DNA of 57,360 bases, counting the filler, from Thelocarpon superellum (lineage: Eukaryota), in assembly GCA_026025795.1 (NCBI GenBank). It is 4 parts of 4 records of this genome, joined end to end, with 100 filler letters (N's around TTAATTAATTAA, not from the genome) between each part and the next. Parts side by side here need not be neighbours in the genome. Positions count along the whole stretch, not along the records: positions 14,389 to 28,674 come from JAPEUG010000434.1; positions 28,775 to 43,036 come from JAPEUG010000435.1; 2 more parts are not named here. One strand, given 5' to 3'. Position 1 is the stretch's first letter; the number at the start of each line of letters is the position of its first letter. A model generated the notes under the pieces. It saw nothing but the letters and a program-made list of their open reading frames with translations, made no database searches and had not been told where the DNA came from. Shown here piece by piece: positions 23,732 through 36,732 of the stretch. The translations under genes and the position numbers were made by a program.

Positions 23732-25725
23732 TCACAGGTCGATCAAGCTGCCGCCCGCCGCCGCTTGCCCCGACCCCGGCTGTCCCGCACTCGCGCCAAA
23801 GGCGTTGTAGCCCGTCGCCCCGCCAAACGGACTCCCACCCGCGCCCTGGTAGTTGGCCGGTCCCGTCTGCGCCGGCGCGAACCGGTTCGACGGGGCGCTC
23901 CCCGCGAAGCCCGTGTGCTGCGGCACCCCCGTAAACTGCTGTTGGAAGAACGGGTTGTTGCCCGTCTGCTGCTGATTCAGTCCCGACCCGGCCGAGTTGA
24001 TGAACGTTCCCGGCGCCGTGTGCTGGGCCGGAATCCGTAGATCGCCCGTGTTGCCAAACGTGTCCATGCCTTCCCCGCTGGCCAGGAGCGCATTCAGCCG
24101 TGCGTGATGCGGGCTCTGCTCCTTTCCTCCCGCGGCGGGCGTTGCCGCCGCTGCCATCGGCGGATTGAAGTTGTGGTTGTTGAACTGCATTTGGACCTTC
24201 TGCTCCGACAGCGTGTCGAGCGTCGGGAACGTGGACGGCGGCGGTCCTGGTCGGCTGACCGACGAGGCGAACGGGTTGTTCGACCCCGTTGGCATCGGCT
24301 TGAGCGCGTCTTGCTGCGCCTGCGTGCTGTGCGACGTCGACCAGGGATTGTTCGTGCCCGCCTGCGGCAGATTGCCAACCGATGCGGCCGGTGGTGGGAA
24401 AGATTGCGCTGGCTGCGGCGGCGCTGGCGCTTGCGCTTGCGGCTGGTTCATCTGTGCAAAGTCGTTCCCGGCCGCCGCGTAGGGATTATTCATGCTACCA
24501 AACGCCGTCGTCTGTGGTTGGAGAAAGTTCTGCGTCGGCTGTGGCTGGACGGCCGCGAAGGACGGTTGGTCAAACACGCTCGGTTGCCCCCCGAATCCGT
24601 TGGAGAAGCTGCCTTGGTAGTTCAAGGGTTGGTTCGAGAAGCCCGTCGTGTTGGGATACGCCGGGTTGACATACCCCGTCACCATGGGCTGTTGCGCTTG
24701 GTCGAGCGGATTGCCGGACCAGTCCACCGCGCCTTGCTGCTGATAGCCCTGGTTGTATCCCGTGAATTGCGGCTGCGTGCTCGGCACCGGCGTGTCGTCG
24801 AACAGAGACGCCTCATTGGCCTGCTCGAGCTCTTTTCGGCGAAGCTCTTCTTCCTCCTTGCTCAGCTTGATCGCTTTGGCGAGATCGTCATCGTCCGGCG
24901 CAACGGTCGCGCCCTGGCGCCGCTTCCGCTCCTCTTCGGCCTCGTGCTTGCTGGCCTCGATCGCCAACCGGTATTCCGCATCGTCCTCGTCCGCCCGACG
25001 CTCCCGGCGCTCCGGCCGTCGACGACCGGCCCCGCCGTCGCTGCCATATGACGACGGCCCATACTCGTCGATGCCCGTCACGCGCGACTTCCAGGTCTTG
25101 CGGTCTGACCGTTCCGTCCGTAGTCGCTCCTCGTCGAGGATCAACGACGTAAGCTCTTTAGCGGAGACTCGCACTGTGCCCGCCCAGCGTCAGCGTCAGC
25201 AATAATCCCAACCTCGACTCCTTCCGTGCGCGCTGGGGCGCCTACCGTTCTGGCCCACGTCACGACCATCCTCGTCGATGTGCTGGAACTCTCGGAGCGT
25301 CTTGATGATGTAGATGTTTTTCCGCGCCCACGTCACCACCAGCTCCGATCCTTCGTGCAGGCAGTAATCCAACACCTTCAGCGCCTTCAGCACGTGGCGC
25401 CAGTTCTTGCCGCGGTCGTTCAAGCGTTTGTCCAGCATATCCATGATCTCGTAGAAATCCGTCGGTCTGCGTCGTCGCCGTTGTTAGCTGGCTTATTCGG
25501 GAACTGGTCCGTCTGCCTTACGAGTTGAACGTCATCTGCGCAATCTCCGCCATATCCGTCCCCGTCGGACCCCATGGATCATTGCTGGTGGCTGTGGCCC
25601 TCTGTCAGCCCGGCACGTGGCACAACCCATACACGCGCCTGGGGATACTGACCGTTGCGAACCTTGACCTGCACGGACGAGTAGCCCTTGGTGACATTCT
25701 TGACGCTGCGAATGACTTTCGACAT
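23732..25725 (-). CDS. ENT2: Epsin (ENTH domain, two UIMs, NPF motifs, C-terminal clathrin box)
   Basis: MSKVIRSVKNVTKGYS, KNWRHVLKALKVLDY, UIMs YRLAIEASK and LAKAIKLSK, NNPF motifs and terminal SLIDL; three introns. Ortholog of yeast Ent1/Ent2. Confidence 0.93.
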
Positions 25726-28674
25726 GGCAACGGTTGCCGCACCGTGCTTGCGATGCGCAGATGGTTGGAAGGATCCGGATCACGCCTGCCACCGTGATGA
25801 GTTCACACTCAACACCACACGACGCACCACACAGCGGATGAGTGAAGGCCGACGACACCGTGCCACGTCATTCAACCCGGATCAACGGTCGACCGATGCC
25901 GAGCTAAGAGATCAACCTTGGGAGCGCCACGACCGACGACGTTGGCCGTCGGTGGATTCCGATACGACCCTGTGCTCCGAATACCAACAGTGACTGCGAG
26001 AGAGAGAGACGGAATGGATGCGATCGACAGAACGTCGTGATGAATAGATCCTCCTATACGGCAAAGTTGATGGACGTTGCCGACGATGACGAGGGTATTC
26101 CCCTGGTCCCCACCACCAAGCATGCTTCGCTTACACGCCGGAGCAACCACAGGCTAGAGGTAGGTGACTAGCGCCGGCACGCGCATTACATTCTTCCAAA
26201 TTCCGGGAAATTACCCAATCCCGGTTTTATTCGCGAGCCTGCGCTTCTGATTCGCTCACTTGTAAGATAAAGCTCGCTCTATTCTTTTCAACCTCAGAGA
26301 CCAACATACGTCATCGCGATCCCTCTCTGGATTGCTGTACATGCTCTGTGACGCGCCTGGCTGTCTGGATTATTATAGCCGCTCTCGAATTTCGGAGACG
26401 GTAATATTCACTGTAGAAATGACGACCTGACGAGCGCGCAATTGCAAGGGTCTCATCGAAGGCTGGAAAGCTTTTGCAATTTCGAATGGGTCCGGGTGAA
26501 TTTGATTAAAAAATTCCCAAAAATTACCGCGGTCACGAATTAACTGACCTCGAGATCATGTCCATCAAGGATTATGGCATTCGGGGTCAGGCTGTATCAA
26601 AGGGCCAAAGGGCGAAAGCGAAAGGGCGAAAGGGAAAATAAATCATCTTCACTTCTATTTCCGACCCGTGGATCGATGAGTCCATGTCGTGATATGTGCT
26701 CGTTGATTCTCGAGTGGCGACCTCCGATATCAGCCAACGACCCGCAACCAATCTTCCGGAGCGTGAGAGTCACAACTGAGGTGATAAGCACAAGGACACT
26801 TTGGGAAGGAACACCCCCACTATGCATTATTTCTTAACTTGACACCAGATCTGTCACCACGGTCGCCGATTGGAGGTCTTATCATTCTTAGTGGGAATGT
26901 CAATTGGCGACTTACGACTAGCTGTCACATGATTTGAGGTCTTCCGAGCTCCAATCATGACAAAGGTCCAGCTACAAGCTAAGCCGTCCGGTGGTTGCTC
27001 AAGAATGAGCAAATGAGGAATCTCGAGGTCATGGATTCTACAAAACTTGCGACACAGAGTCGCTGGCCCAGCATCCGCCCAACAGCACCTGCTTGACGCG
27101 GTAAGTGAAATTGGGGATGAGGAGCAAAAATGGCTGTCATTTTCGGTCGCCAACATTTCAAGGAGGTAATGCCGCACCATCGCCGTTTCCGCCCCTCGCT
27201 CCTCGCTCCTTGTGTGCTGATTCAAATACGTGACGGTCTGCCACGGTCGCCAGCAGAGACTTGACGGCGCCGAGCCACATGATTGCGCCGGCACGGCACG
27301 ACGCCTCGTGCCACCGCGGCTGCTCATGAACCTCCTCGGGCATGTCCATCGGCCCTTCGAGTACGGTACATGCACGCCGGCGGGACTTCGCGCACTCACG
27401 ACGCCAAGGCCCTACTTAACAACTTAGCCCTCTATCAACCCTTGATTTGACTCTCGACACCATGCCTGTTCCTATCTGACCGTGCGAGCGCTGGATGCAT
27501 CATGGCCACTCATCACATGTGAAACGCTGTGCGCGGTCGTGGTCTGAGAGATGCAAGGTTCTCGGATCTCAAGCGATGCCTGCACGGAGCCAGCAAGGAC
27601 GCACTGCCTGGTCAATCGAGTCAATCTTGCCGGTCCGCGCGCGCACTGAGGTATTTTCGAAACCGGCTTCCGCATCGTACGAGGACAGCCTTCCCCGCAG
27701 AGAACGATTTCGAACACGTCTGCCTTAGCTTCCAAGGAAGATCCCGATACAGAAGCGATAGGCGCTCACCACCCCTCCTTGTACCCCCCCTGGTCCAACG
27801 GCGCCGATAGGCTAAGTTGCAGCGTGCAGCCTGCGAGCTGCACCGGCCCCCGTCACACTGATGGCCTCGTGCCCTCACCTCTGACGCTCCGCGAGCGCCG
27901 GCGGCCCGACCGGGAGATGTTAGGTTCGGTCGCGCGTTCTCGCTGTGGCCCACGTCGGACGCATGCGCTCGCGGGGCACTGCGTTCGGGCCTCTTGCCCA
28001 CGGCGGCGCCCATCCTGCAGGCCGGCCGTGCGTTGGCCGGATCAATTAGCTAGGACCTCACCAAGGCCCAGCGGCCAACGCCGTCGCCCACCACTCGTGC
28101 TGCCCTGCCCACGCTCCCCATCCTCCTCGGAGCTCGTACCGCTAGGCAATGGGCAGCTGAGCGCCCAGTGCGAGGATGTCATGACTTCCAACACCTACCC
28201 TTCCATCGTGGCGTGCCCGCACCTTTCGAGCGCGCCAAACACACGATTGCTTCAAAGAGGAGCGTCGGATACCTCGCTCGCGCGCCGTCCATGGCCGAGT
28301 CCGTTGCGCAGCAGATCGTTCGGGATCCTTGGACGCGGCCGTCGGTCGAGCCGCGGCCAGCGACCACTCCTCACCCCCTCTAGGGAGTTGGATTACAATC
28401 TCGACGTGGCTGACTCGTGCATCAGCGTTGTCCGCCGAGGGCGTGGGTTAAACAACGCACCATGGCCGCAGTGGAGCTCGTTCGATGGCGTCGTGACTAT
28501 TCGCACTTGTTGGGGTACGTCTTGAACTACGACGACATCACCACCAAGCCTAAATTGCCCTGCGTGGGGAGGGTCACTGAGAGGGGCAAACGAACAAGAA
28601 AGTATCTTAAATTGTTCCCATCCCACCCGATGGTTCCGCGCTGCCTGCCGGTCCAGGGAAGGGGTGTGGGCCGG

Positions 28675-28774
28675 NNNNNNNNNNNNNNNNNNNNNNNNNN
28701 NNNNNNNNNNNNNNNNNNTTAATTAATTAANNNNNNNNNNNNNNNNNNNNNNNNNNNNNNNNNNNNNNNNNNNN
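28675..28774. other. Artificial contig spacer N44-TTAATTAATTAA-N44
   Basis: Identical to the other spacers. Confidence 0.98.
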
Positions 28775-29548
28775 GGCGATGCTCCTGCCGAAGGATCGGC
28801 GTACCAAGCCTGTCCGCTAGAGCGGCCGTGTGTCTTCAAGGCCACAGGAGTGGTGATGGCCGCGAGATTTATCGTCAGGCCCGAGGACCTGTAGCCCGAA
28901 TCTCTGAACTCACCATAGGTAATGCTCCTTCCATCTCTCCTGGCCCTCCTACACGTTCCCGGCTCAGCTGACGCATGCCAGCTCAACACTCGGTACGTTT
29001 TGGCATAGGTTCGAGGACTGGCAGACCGAGCACACGAATGCGAGCGAATCGACCGCTGCTATGGGGAGGAGGTTGAGTATGGGTCGCCAAGTGCTTCGTA
29101 GGATAACGGGCATCAGGATGAGCGACGTATGCCCGCTTAAGCTGTCAAGCAGTCATGGATGTACTCGTACGGTATGAATAAGAAAGCCAGTGCACAGAAC
29201 ACTTCTGCCCACAACCCGGAGGATTCTTGTGCAATCAGCACTACTGAACGTCCAGGCAGCCTGCTGACGAAGACTCCGCAGTACTGGTACGGTACTTCAG
29301 TTGAGTACCTTCCGTCGAGGACTCCTCCATCAAAGCACGCACTGGCAAACTGAGCACGCGCAAGTCAACTACGTGATATTGTGGCTGCTTGTGATACGGT
29401 GCGCTACGCTGTCGCGGTCGCCGCCGGGCGGGAGATCCCCGTAGGGTGCCAGCCGTAAGCTTGATTTCTATGGTATAGGGGCATGTAGGTCTCCAGCTAC
29501 TCGGCCTCTGGCCGGAACAAGAAGCAGTCCGAGGTCCCCTCCTTATGT

Positions 29549-29700
29549 CTGAAGATGACATAATCAGTGGTTGGTGATGGGAGAGATAAGTGGGAATTGC
29601 TGCTGTAGGGGTTCCCAAATCATAATATGGGCAGATCCAAGCAGAATTCTAACAGTGAGCCTCAATGCTATCTACGCTGTACTCCCCCTGCACAACAATC
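29549..29700 (-). repeat. Dispersed ~150-bp element, copy 3 (inverted relative to copies 1 and 2)
   Basis: Reverse complement TTGTTGTGCAGGGGGAGTACAGCGTAGATAGCATTGAGGCT...TCTGCTTGGATCTGCCCATA...GGGAACCCCTACAGCAGCA...CTGATTATGTCATCTTC aligns with both other copies. Confidence 0.85.
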
Positions 29701-30891
29701 GCGAGTTGCTCGACGCGCCAGGTCAGCTTCATGATGCCGTGAGAGTCGTGGTAGTGTTGTAATGGAACCATTCTTCGGCTGGGGCCCGCCGACAGGTCAT
29801 ATCTCCACCACGCATGACGTGGCCAGCGGGATCTCATGCGCATCAGGCCTTGGAGACATTGCTGCGATCCTATGGAGTCGGTCTCGTAGCAGGTGATCGG
29901 TCGGATACCGTGCTCGTACCCGTGTAATGCCGGCGCAGGCCTCTGGTCCCCATCGGAGTCCCCCGGGCAGTCGATGGACATAGACACCGACTGCGTACCA
30001 CTGGCCGTGTCCTCTACGGTACTCAATCTGTCGGTTACAGTACTTCGTACATCACTTGTGGAAGCAAGTGCTTGTGTGTTGTACTCGAAAGTGACTGCCT
30101 CGACTGGGCCAATGCTTCGTTTCAATGCCGACGCCTTCCCTCGCCCTCCCTATCCTCTCGCCCTCGCCTTCTCGGCTGTGACGGCATCAGCTTCCATCCA
30201 TGCCGCCGCCCCACGCGTCGCGTCGCTTGACGGACCTGACGTTCTCGCTTCATGCCTCGCTTCAGGCTTGATGGGGTCGAAGCATCTAGCTGAAACGGCG
30301 AGGGAGACGACCGGGGGGACCGCGGGGGAGAGGCTAGTTTATACCTCATCGCCCTACCTCGTCCATGCATGCGGGCACGCATCGTCTCGCTTCTTAGTGC
30401 CTTCTCAACGTCACGCTACGATGCGCATTGAAGGAAACGTAGAAGCGGATGAAACATTCGTGCATCGAGTCACGAGAGAGAGATGGAGAAAGATGAGAGG
30501 TGCGCCGGGATGCACGGATTGACGCCCGGGGAGGGGAGCTGACGTGGCCTGCCTCGCTTCAATGGAGAATGGGAACAGATGGACGTCGTCATCTATGTTC
30601 GTCTCCTCCATGCAGTATATGTGGGGAGGACCCCAAGCGTCGGAAAGAGTCTGGTACCTTCCTTGCTTCCTCGTTTTCCCTCCATTCTTTCCTTCCTTTC
30701 TTCTGTTGTCATTACGTTCGTTTCTGATCGAGCTCGTCTCTCCTTTCTTCGAACAACAGGACGATCAAGGAAAAGCAGAAGGCGGGCAGGATGAAGCTCC
30801 TCTGTACGAACCATTCCCCCAACTCATCGATCACCATGGGCGCACACGTTGTCTAACCCGTCATACTGACCACCCCACCGTGTCTGTAGCA

Positions 30892-31335
30892 ATGGTGCCC
30901 GTGATACGCACAATGCTGATCTTCGGCTCCACCATTCCGCACGTCCTGGGCGCAGCGTTGCCCGTCGAGGACGCGCAATTACAAAACGGCATCATCCCCA
31001 TCCCGGCGGCCATCGTCAGCAACGCCACCAGCGTCGGCAATGGCACCGAGAGTGGCCTCGACGGTGCCTCCTGCATCGGAGCAGTCAGATCCCAGCTCTC
31101 GTGTCCCGGACACGCGCGAAAGCCTGGCCCGGCCCCCGACGTCCGTGCCGGCACAAGCGAGCTGTCTCCGCAGGCCAAGACCAATACGTGTGCCATCATG
31201 GGCTATACGTGTTCCGTGGCGGATTCGCAGGTGGAGCACCTGGCCTGTGGTCAGAATACCACGTACGATGCGAACGTCTTTGTCGCCATTCCGGGATATT
31301 GTACTACCTGTGTTTGTCTCGCGAGTCGTTGGTGA
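30892..31335 (+). CDS. Small secreted cysteine-rich protein C (~147 aa)
   Basis: Leader MVPVIRTMLIFGSTIPHVLGAALP and 8 Cys ending in YCTTCVC. The ATG follows a branch site (TACTGAC) and TAG acceptor, suggesting a 5'-UTR intron. Confidence 0.65.
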   Translation: MVPVIRTMLIFGSTIPHVLGAALPVEDAQLQNGIIPIPAAIVSNATSVGNGTESGLDGASCIGAVRSQLSCPGHARKPGPAPDVRAGTSELSPQAKTNTCAIMGYTCSVADSQVEHLACGQNTTYDANVFVAIPGYCTTCVCLASRW

Positions 31336-31585
31336 TTTGATTTGATTTGATTCGATGTGATTCGAGCGGGAGCCAGGGACCCACTTGATGGTGGGGGTGA
31401 TATTTGCTCGCCTTTCTTCGTGTCAGATACCGATTGCAGTCCTCGGGTAGGAACCCGGTCTATTCCAACCTGGATGTGACTCATTGCATATGAGAAATGC
31501 GGCCGTGGTATCTCGTTCCCTGGAGCAACTAACGCGTATGAAAAGTCGCCATCGCTGTCGGCTTCATCGGAAATAGAACATTACG

Positions 31586-33552
31586 TCACACATAAAAGGC
31601 CTCCCGTCGGATCCGGCGCTCAGAGGTGGACGAGAAATGCGTGTGCAGAAACTCCACTCTCACGCCCTTGTCCCGCAGCATTTCCACGGCGTCCAATCCC
31701 ACCTGCTTGCAATCGTCCACATTGACCCATCGCACCTGGCTATTCTTCTTGACCGCGATCGCCTTCAGTGATATCCCCGTAATGGGCGTCAGGGAGAGGT
31801 TGATGCGTCGTAGGTGCGGCATCTTGGGCAACATCGCCTCGACGCACTCGTCTCGCACCAGTAGGCCCTCCACGTTGAGCTCGCGCAGTCCATTGAGCCA
31901 GCCTCTCCCGAGGAGGATGAGCAGATCCACGTCTCCCAGGCTGCTGCAGTTCTGAAGTGACAGGTTTCGGAGCTTCCCCACGCCTGCTTCCAGGAACTTC
32001 TCCAGCGTCGGGAGATCGAGACGTGTGCATTCGCTAAGTAGAAGAGTTTCCATGTCTGGGAGGGGCATGATGGTGGAGTTCGGCCCCAGTCCCGACATGC
32101 CCGTCACGTTGAGCCATCGGAGCGATGTTGGGAGGGGAGGGAACAACCGGAATTTGGTATGGTGAAGATCCAGTTTCTCCAGCTGGTAGAGTGGCCGAAA
32201 GTCCGGCACCTCGTAGATGAAAATGTCTCGCATCCATTGTGCAACGGTCAGGCTTTGGAGATGGGGCGCTCGCTCGATCAGATTATCCTGCGCATCTCGT
32301 CAGGCCCTTGTCCAGCAGACACCACGACGGACCTACCAAGTTCAGCACCGCCGTGGTCTGAGGTGGCGGTGCCGCCCGTCCGACCAGCGCCAGATGTCGC
32401 ATCCTCCCGAGATCGTTCGGCCACTTGGCCACCACGCCGCTCGAGATGATGGAGAAGAACTCTCCACGCACGAGCGTAGGACAGGTACTAAGGATGAAGG
32501 CGACCGTACCGAGGGTGATTTGGCTCTCGCCACGAATGATCAGCGTGGTCAGGTTTCGAGCCTGAGGAGCCGCCGTCGTCAGGGTGTTGCCCAAGACGCA
32601 GTCGCGAATTTCCAGGCACTCCAGCTTCTTGCAGCTCGTCGTCACTTGCTGGAGAACATGCTCACCGATGCTCGGAAGCGATCCCAACATGGCCCGTCGG
32701 ATTCCGCCGTTGGCCCGTCGAAGACAGGCTTGCAGCGCTTTTTGTCGCACCGGCTTCCGCGGCCGAGTCAGATCGAGCTCTGTCCAAACCGGGGTCATCG
32801 ACTCAAGGCAGGCGTTCCACCGCTTCGAGACCCGCAGGCCTGACCTACGAACTGGGTCAGTGCGGAGTGACTGTAGCTCTTCTGCGAGGAGATACGGACA
32901 TGAGCCCATAGAAGCCGATCTGGCCAAAGACCATATACGCCAGCTCTGTTGGCAGGACTACCAGGGGATCACGGTAGGTAGTGTTGGTGTCATTGCCAGC
33001 AAGGTCGGAGAGCTTGTCGAGCATCCCTTGGAGAAGCTAGAAGACACGCATCATGTCTCAGTCAAGACCTTCTTCAGCTCGAGAGATCCGTACCTTGTGA
33101 TGTGGGTCCGATGTTAGGACGTTGCGTAGGCCGTATTCATAGATACCCACAGCCACCCGATCCTGCCCCACAAGACGCAGGATCTTTCCTGTCCGGAGAT
33201 AGCCCTTGGATACTTCAGCCCAAAGTTCCACGCTGAGAATGTGTCAGGCCCGACCTTTGCGTCCGATTTATCCAGCTGAATCATGTGTTTGGCATCTCGC
33301 AACGCTTTGGTCCGCTCCCCGAGCTTCTCATATGTGGCGGCGCGATTGTCGTAGAGTTCGACGGGGACAGGGTCATATGAGGCGATGGCCTGCACACGAC
33401 GTTAGCTTGGCGTCAATTGAACACGAATTAAGACGCACGGTATTGAAGGCCCGCAAGGCGGCATCATAGTTCTTATCCCGGTACCGCGTCTGGCCGATTT
33501 TCTGCACCTCGCCGGGAGACAAGCTGCGGAATTCATTGATTGACGAATGCAT
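31586..33552 (-). CDS. TPR / F-box / LRR protein (Pof3/Dia2-like), multi-exon
   Basis: TPR helices (GQTRYRDKNYDAALRAF, LYDNRAATYEKLG, GYLRTGKIL), F-box DPLVVLPTELAYMVF...LRVSKRW and C-terminal LxxLxL repeats. Confidence 0.85.
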
Positions 33553-33928
33553 GCTGTCCCGCGCCGGGGCGGTACGGTGTTGATGATCGACCCTTGTTGT
33601 GCGAGGAGGGTGGGGCTGCTGTGACGGGGTGCCCCGCCCAGCCATGTCACACAAATAGAGCTGGGAAGTCCTCCCGAAGGCACGGAGCGCAGGCACAGGT
33701 CCAGGAAGTTTACACCGGAGTACGGGAGTACGTGAAGAGCATTTCGTCGCGTCCGCGGGATGACGTGCATTACGGTGGCCCATACGAGCCAAATGGCAGC
33801 TATTAGTTGATTGTTTGGCCTGTCGCCCTTCACGCCGCTCGTCGGGCTCGTCGGAAGGCCTATGGTCGATGGTCTGAATTGAGCAGCATGACTCCTTCTG
33901 TGCTTCAACCGATCGCAGATTGTTCATC

Positions 33929-36170
33929 ATGACGAGTATTGACGATCTTTTCAAAGTGAGCTCGTCGCTCCCTGCCATCCTAATTCGCAAGTAACTAGGG
34001 TTCCAGAGGCCTTCGCTCCCGGGCAACAAGCGCAAACTGGCCCCAACCCGCAATCCAGGTACAGGAACCTCTTACACCTGCCACGAGTGCAAACGAGAAT
34101 CACTTACGGAAGAACGCAGATGAAATCTACAAGTCCGTCAAAGTGCGCGCCAACGAAGATGTCAAAGCCAAGGGACGTGCTACCGCCGAGGATGAGAAGG
34201 AGGTCGAGGAGGACGATGACGCGGTCGCTGGCCCGGAGGCACCGGTCGATGAAGAACTAGAAGAGCCCGACGATGAAGACGGGCGGTTCTTTGGCGGGGG
34301 AATCACCAACGGTACTCGAGAAATCCTCGACTTTGTGGATGGACAGGAGGCCGACGTGGCCGCAGTAGGTGCTCGTGCACCCGCCGACTCGTGTCCTACT
34401 GATCGCGAGGTAGCCCGAGGCAATCGATTCGGCATGGCTTCGGAAGCTCGCCCTGAATTTTGAGAAGCGCATCTCCAAGAATGCCGAGCTCAGGGCCAAA
34501 TACCAAGACGACCCGCAAAAGTATGGAACCCCGCCGCGGACCAGGACTTCGCTCACCCGTTGCAGATTCATGGGGTCAGAGGCCGACTTAGACGCCGACA
34601 TCAAATCCTTATCCAGTCTCTCAGAACATCCCGAGCTCTACGATGAATTTGCAGGCTTAGGCTGTGCCGCCTCCCTGGTCAGCCTCTTGTCGCATGAGAA
34701 TACCGATATCGCCATCGATGCCATCGAGATCATCAGCGAGCTGACGGCGGAGGACACCGAGGCGGAACAGTCCCAGTGGGACGCGCTGGTCAAGCCTATG
34801 GTAGCATCCCTTCCTTGAGCAGTAGTGGTAGCGTGACTGAGGACAAGGCCAGCTCGACGCGGATCTGCTGGGTCTGCTCACGCAGAATTTCACCCGACTC
34901 AACGAAGAAAACGAATCCGATCGCGGTGGAGTCTATCATGTCCTGAGTGAGTCCAGCTCGTTCGCGTAAGCCAAAGGGAACTGACGTCGGTAGGTGTGCT
35001 GGAGAACCTGGCATCCCAGACGTGGATCGCGGAGAAGATCGCGCAGGATACCACCCTGCTCTCCTGGCTGATGGCTCGGATCAAGGTGAAAGAATCACCG
35101 GTGAGCCAAAATAAGCAGTACGCCGCCGAGATCTTGGCCATTTTGCTGCAGGCGTCGTCGCAAAATCGAGGGCGGCTAATCGAGCTCGACGGGGTGGACC
35201 AACTCCTACAGCTGCTGAGCGCCTATCGGAAACGAGACCCCGAAAAGGGCACCGAGGAAGAGGAGTACGTGGAGAACCTGTTTGACTGTCTGACCTGCGT
35301 GGTCGATGAGGGTGCCGGGCAAGAGAAGTTCGTGGAGGCTGAAGGCGTCGAGCTGTCTTTCATCATGCTGCGAGAGGGTTTGACGAGTCGGCCGCGGGCG
35401 CTGCGATTGCTTGATCATAGCCTTGCTGGCCCTCACGCGGGCGATGTGTGTCAGAGGCTAGTGGATGCTGCCGGTCTGAAAACGGTGTTTGGCATGTTCA
35501 TGAAGAAGGTACGACTACATCCACGGAGCTGCCACCTTGATCATGCCGCTAACGAGGTCCACAGCAAGAAAATCAGACGATCGAGCATTTGCTCGGCATC
35601 CTGTCCGCTCTCCTGCGCCTGCTCCCGGCCGACTCGGCCGGACGCATTCGTACCCTAGCCAAATTCGTGGAGAAGGATTATGAGAAGATCGGCAAGTTGA
35701 TCAAACTGCGAAGGGACTATGCTGCGAAAGTCGCGGTGGTGGTGAATGACATCAAGCGGGAGCGCGCGGAGCTCGTGAACGACGAGGACCGCGAGGCGAA
35801 GAACGACGAATGGTTCTCGCGACGTCTCGACGCCGGGCTCTACTGCCTACAGGTAAGGGAGCCACAGTGATGTCTTCATCTCTACAGCATCGTTGCTGAC
35901 TAGGTCAAGACGATCGATGTCATCCTGGCCTGGCTCGTGGCCGAAGATGATGGCGCCCGCACTCGGATCCGAACGCTCCTGGCCGACATTGACGAGTCAT
36001 TGGGCACGATCAAAGCAAGCCTGCAAGGCAAGTGTCACTGCCACTGCCACTCCCACCCCCGCTCAACGTGCACGGCTGACTCCTTCGCAGATCAATACAG
36101 TTCCGTCAGTCAAGAGGTAAACGCCAAGGAGACAGGAGAGATGTTAGAGACTCTGATCAAATTCTTGTGA
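33929..36170 (+). CDS. CTNNBL1: Beta-catenin-like protein 1 (DUF1716, spliceosome-associated), multi-exon
   Basis: MTSIDDLFK, DGRFFGGG, FEKRISKNAELRAKY, FMGSEADLD, LLSHENTDIA, SQNKQYAAEIL and RRLDAGLYCLQ. Divergent from the F-box gene. Confidence 0.9.
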
Positions 36171-36732
36171 TCCTGATGAGGGAGCACCGCTATGAATCAA
36201 TATCCTCGTAGCTAGACAGGTACCTGAATACGAGTCAAGCGAGCCATCTAATTACTCTGCGAAATGACAAATCAAGTCCGGCGTCACTACCGGCGCGTGA
36301 AGTTTTGGCGCCCTCGACCTTTCGCCCCCGTTCGTCTCGCTGTGGCAGCTGAGCACACGTCACGTGAGTATCCTTGCTGACTCAACCAATGGATCACAGG
36401 GAGAATTTTATCAGTGCCCATACTTACTGGCCCCGTACGCAATTTGTAGCATTCATCAACCGCTCTCGACTCGAGTCCATCAAAGAAACACGCCGCTGCA
36501 GGAAAAATGTCCACCCCAACGAGGTAGAGCTCTGGGTGGCAACACGTCGACCTCTTCTTGATATTTCACGCCGACGTGTGAGAAGTCTGCAGCTCCATCA
36601 CCCAGAGCTCCACTAAGATCGAGTGCAGGCGCCCGCGTTCCGTCGTCCTGGTCCCCATCGCCGAGCGGCAGAGCTCGCGTTGCCACTACCCGTCCCGACC
36701 TTACCGCCGCGCCCCAGACATCCTCACTCTAC

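Noticed and set aside
26500..28674. ORFs of 60-250 aa at the end of contig 2
   Set aside because: No recognisable domain, splice pattern or codon bias.
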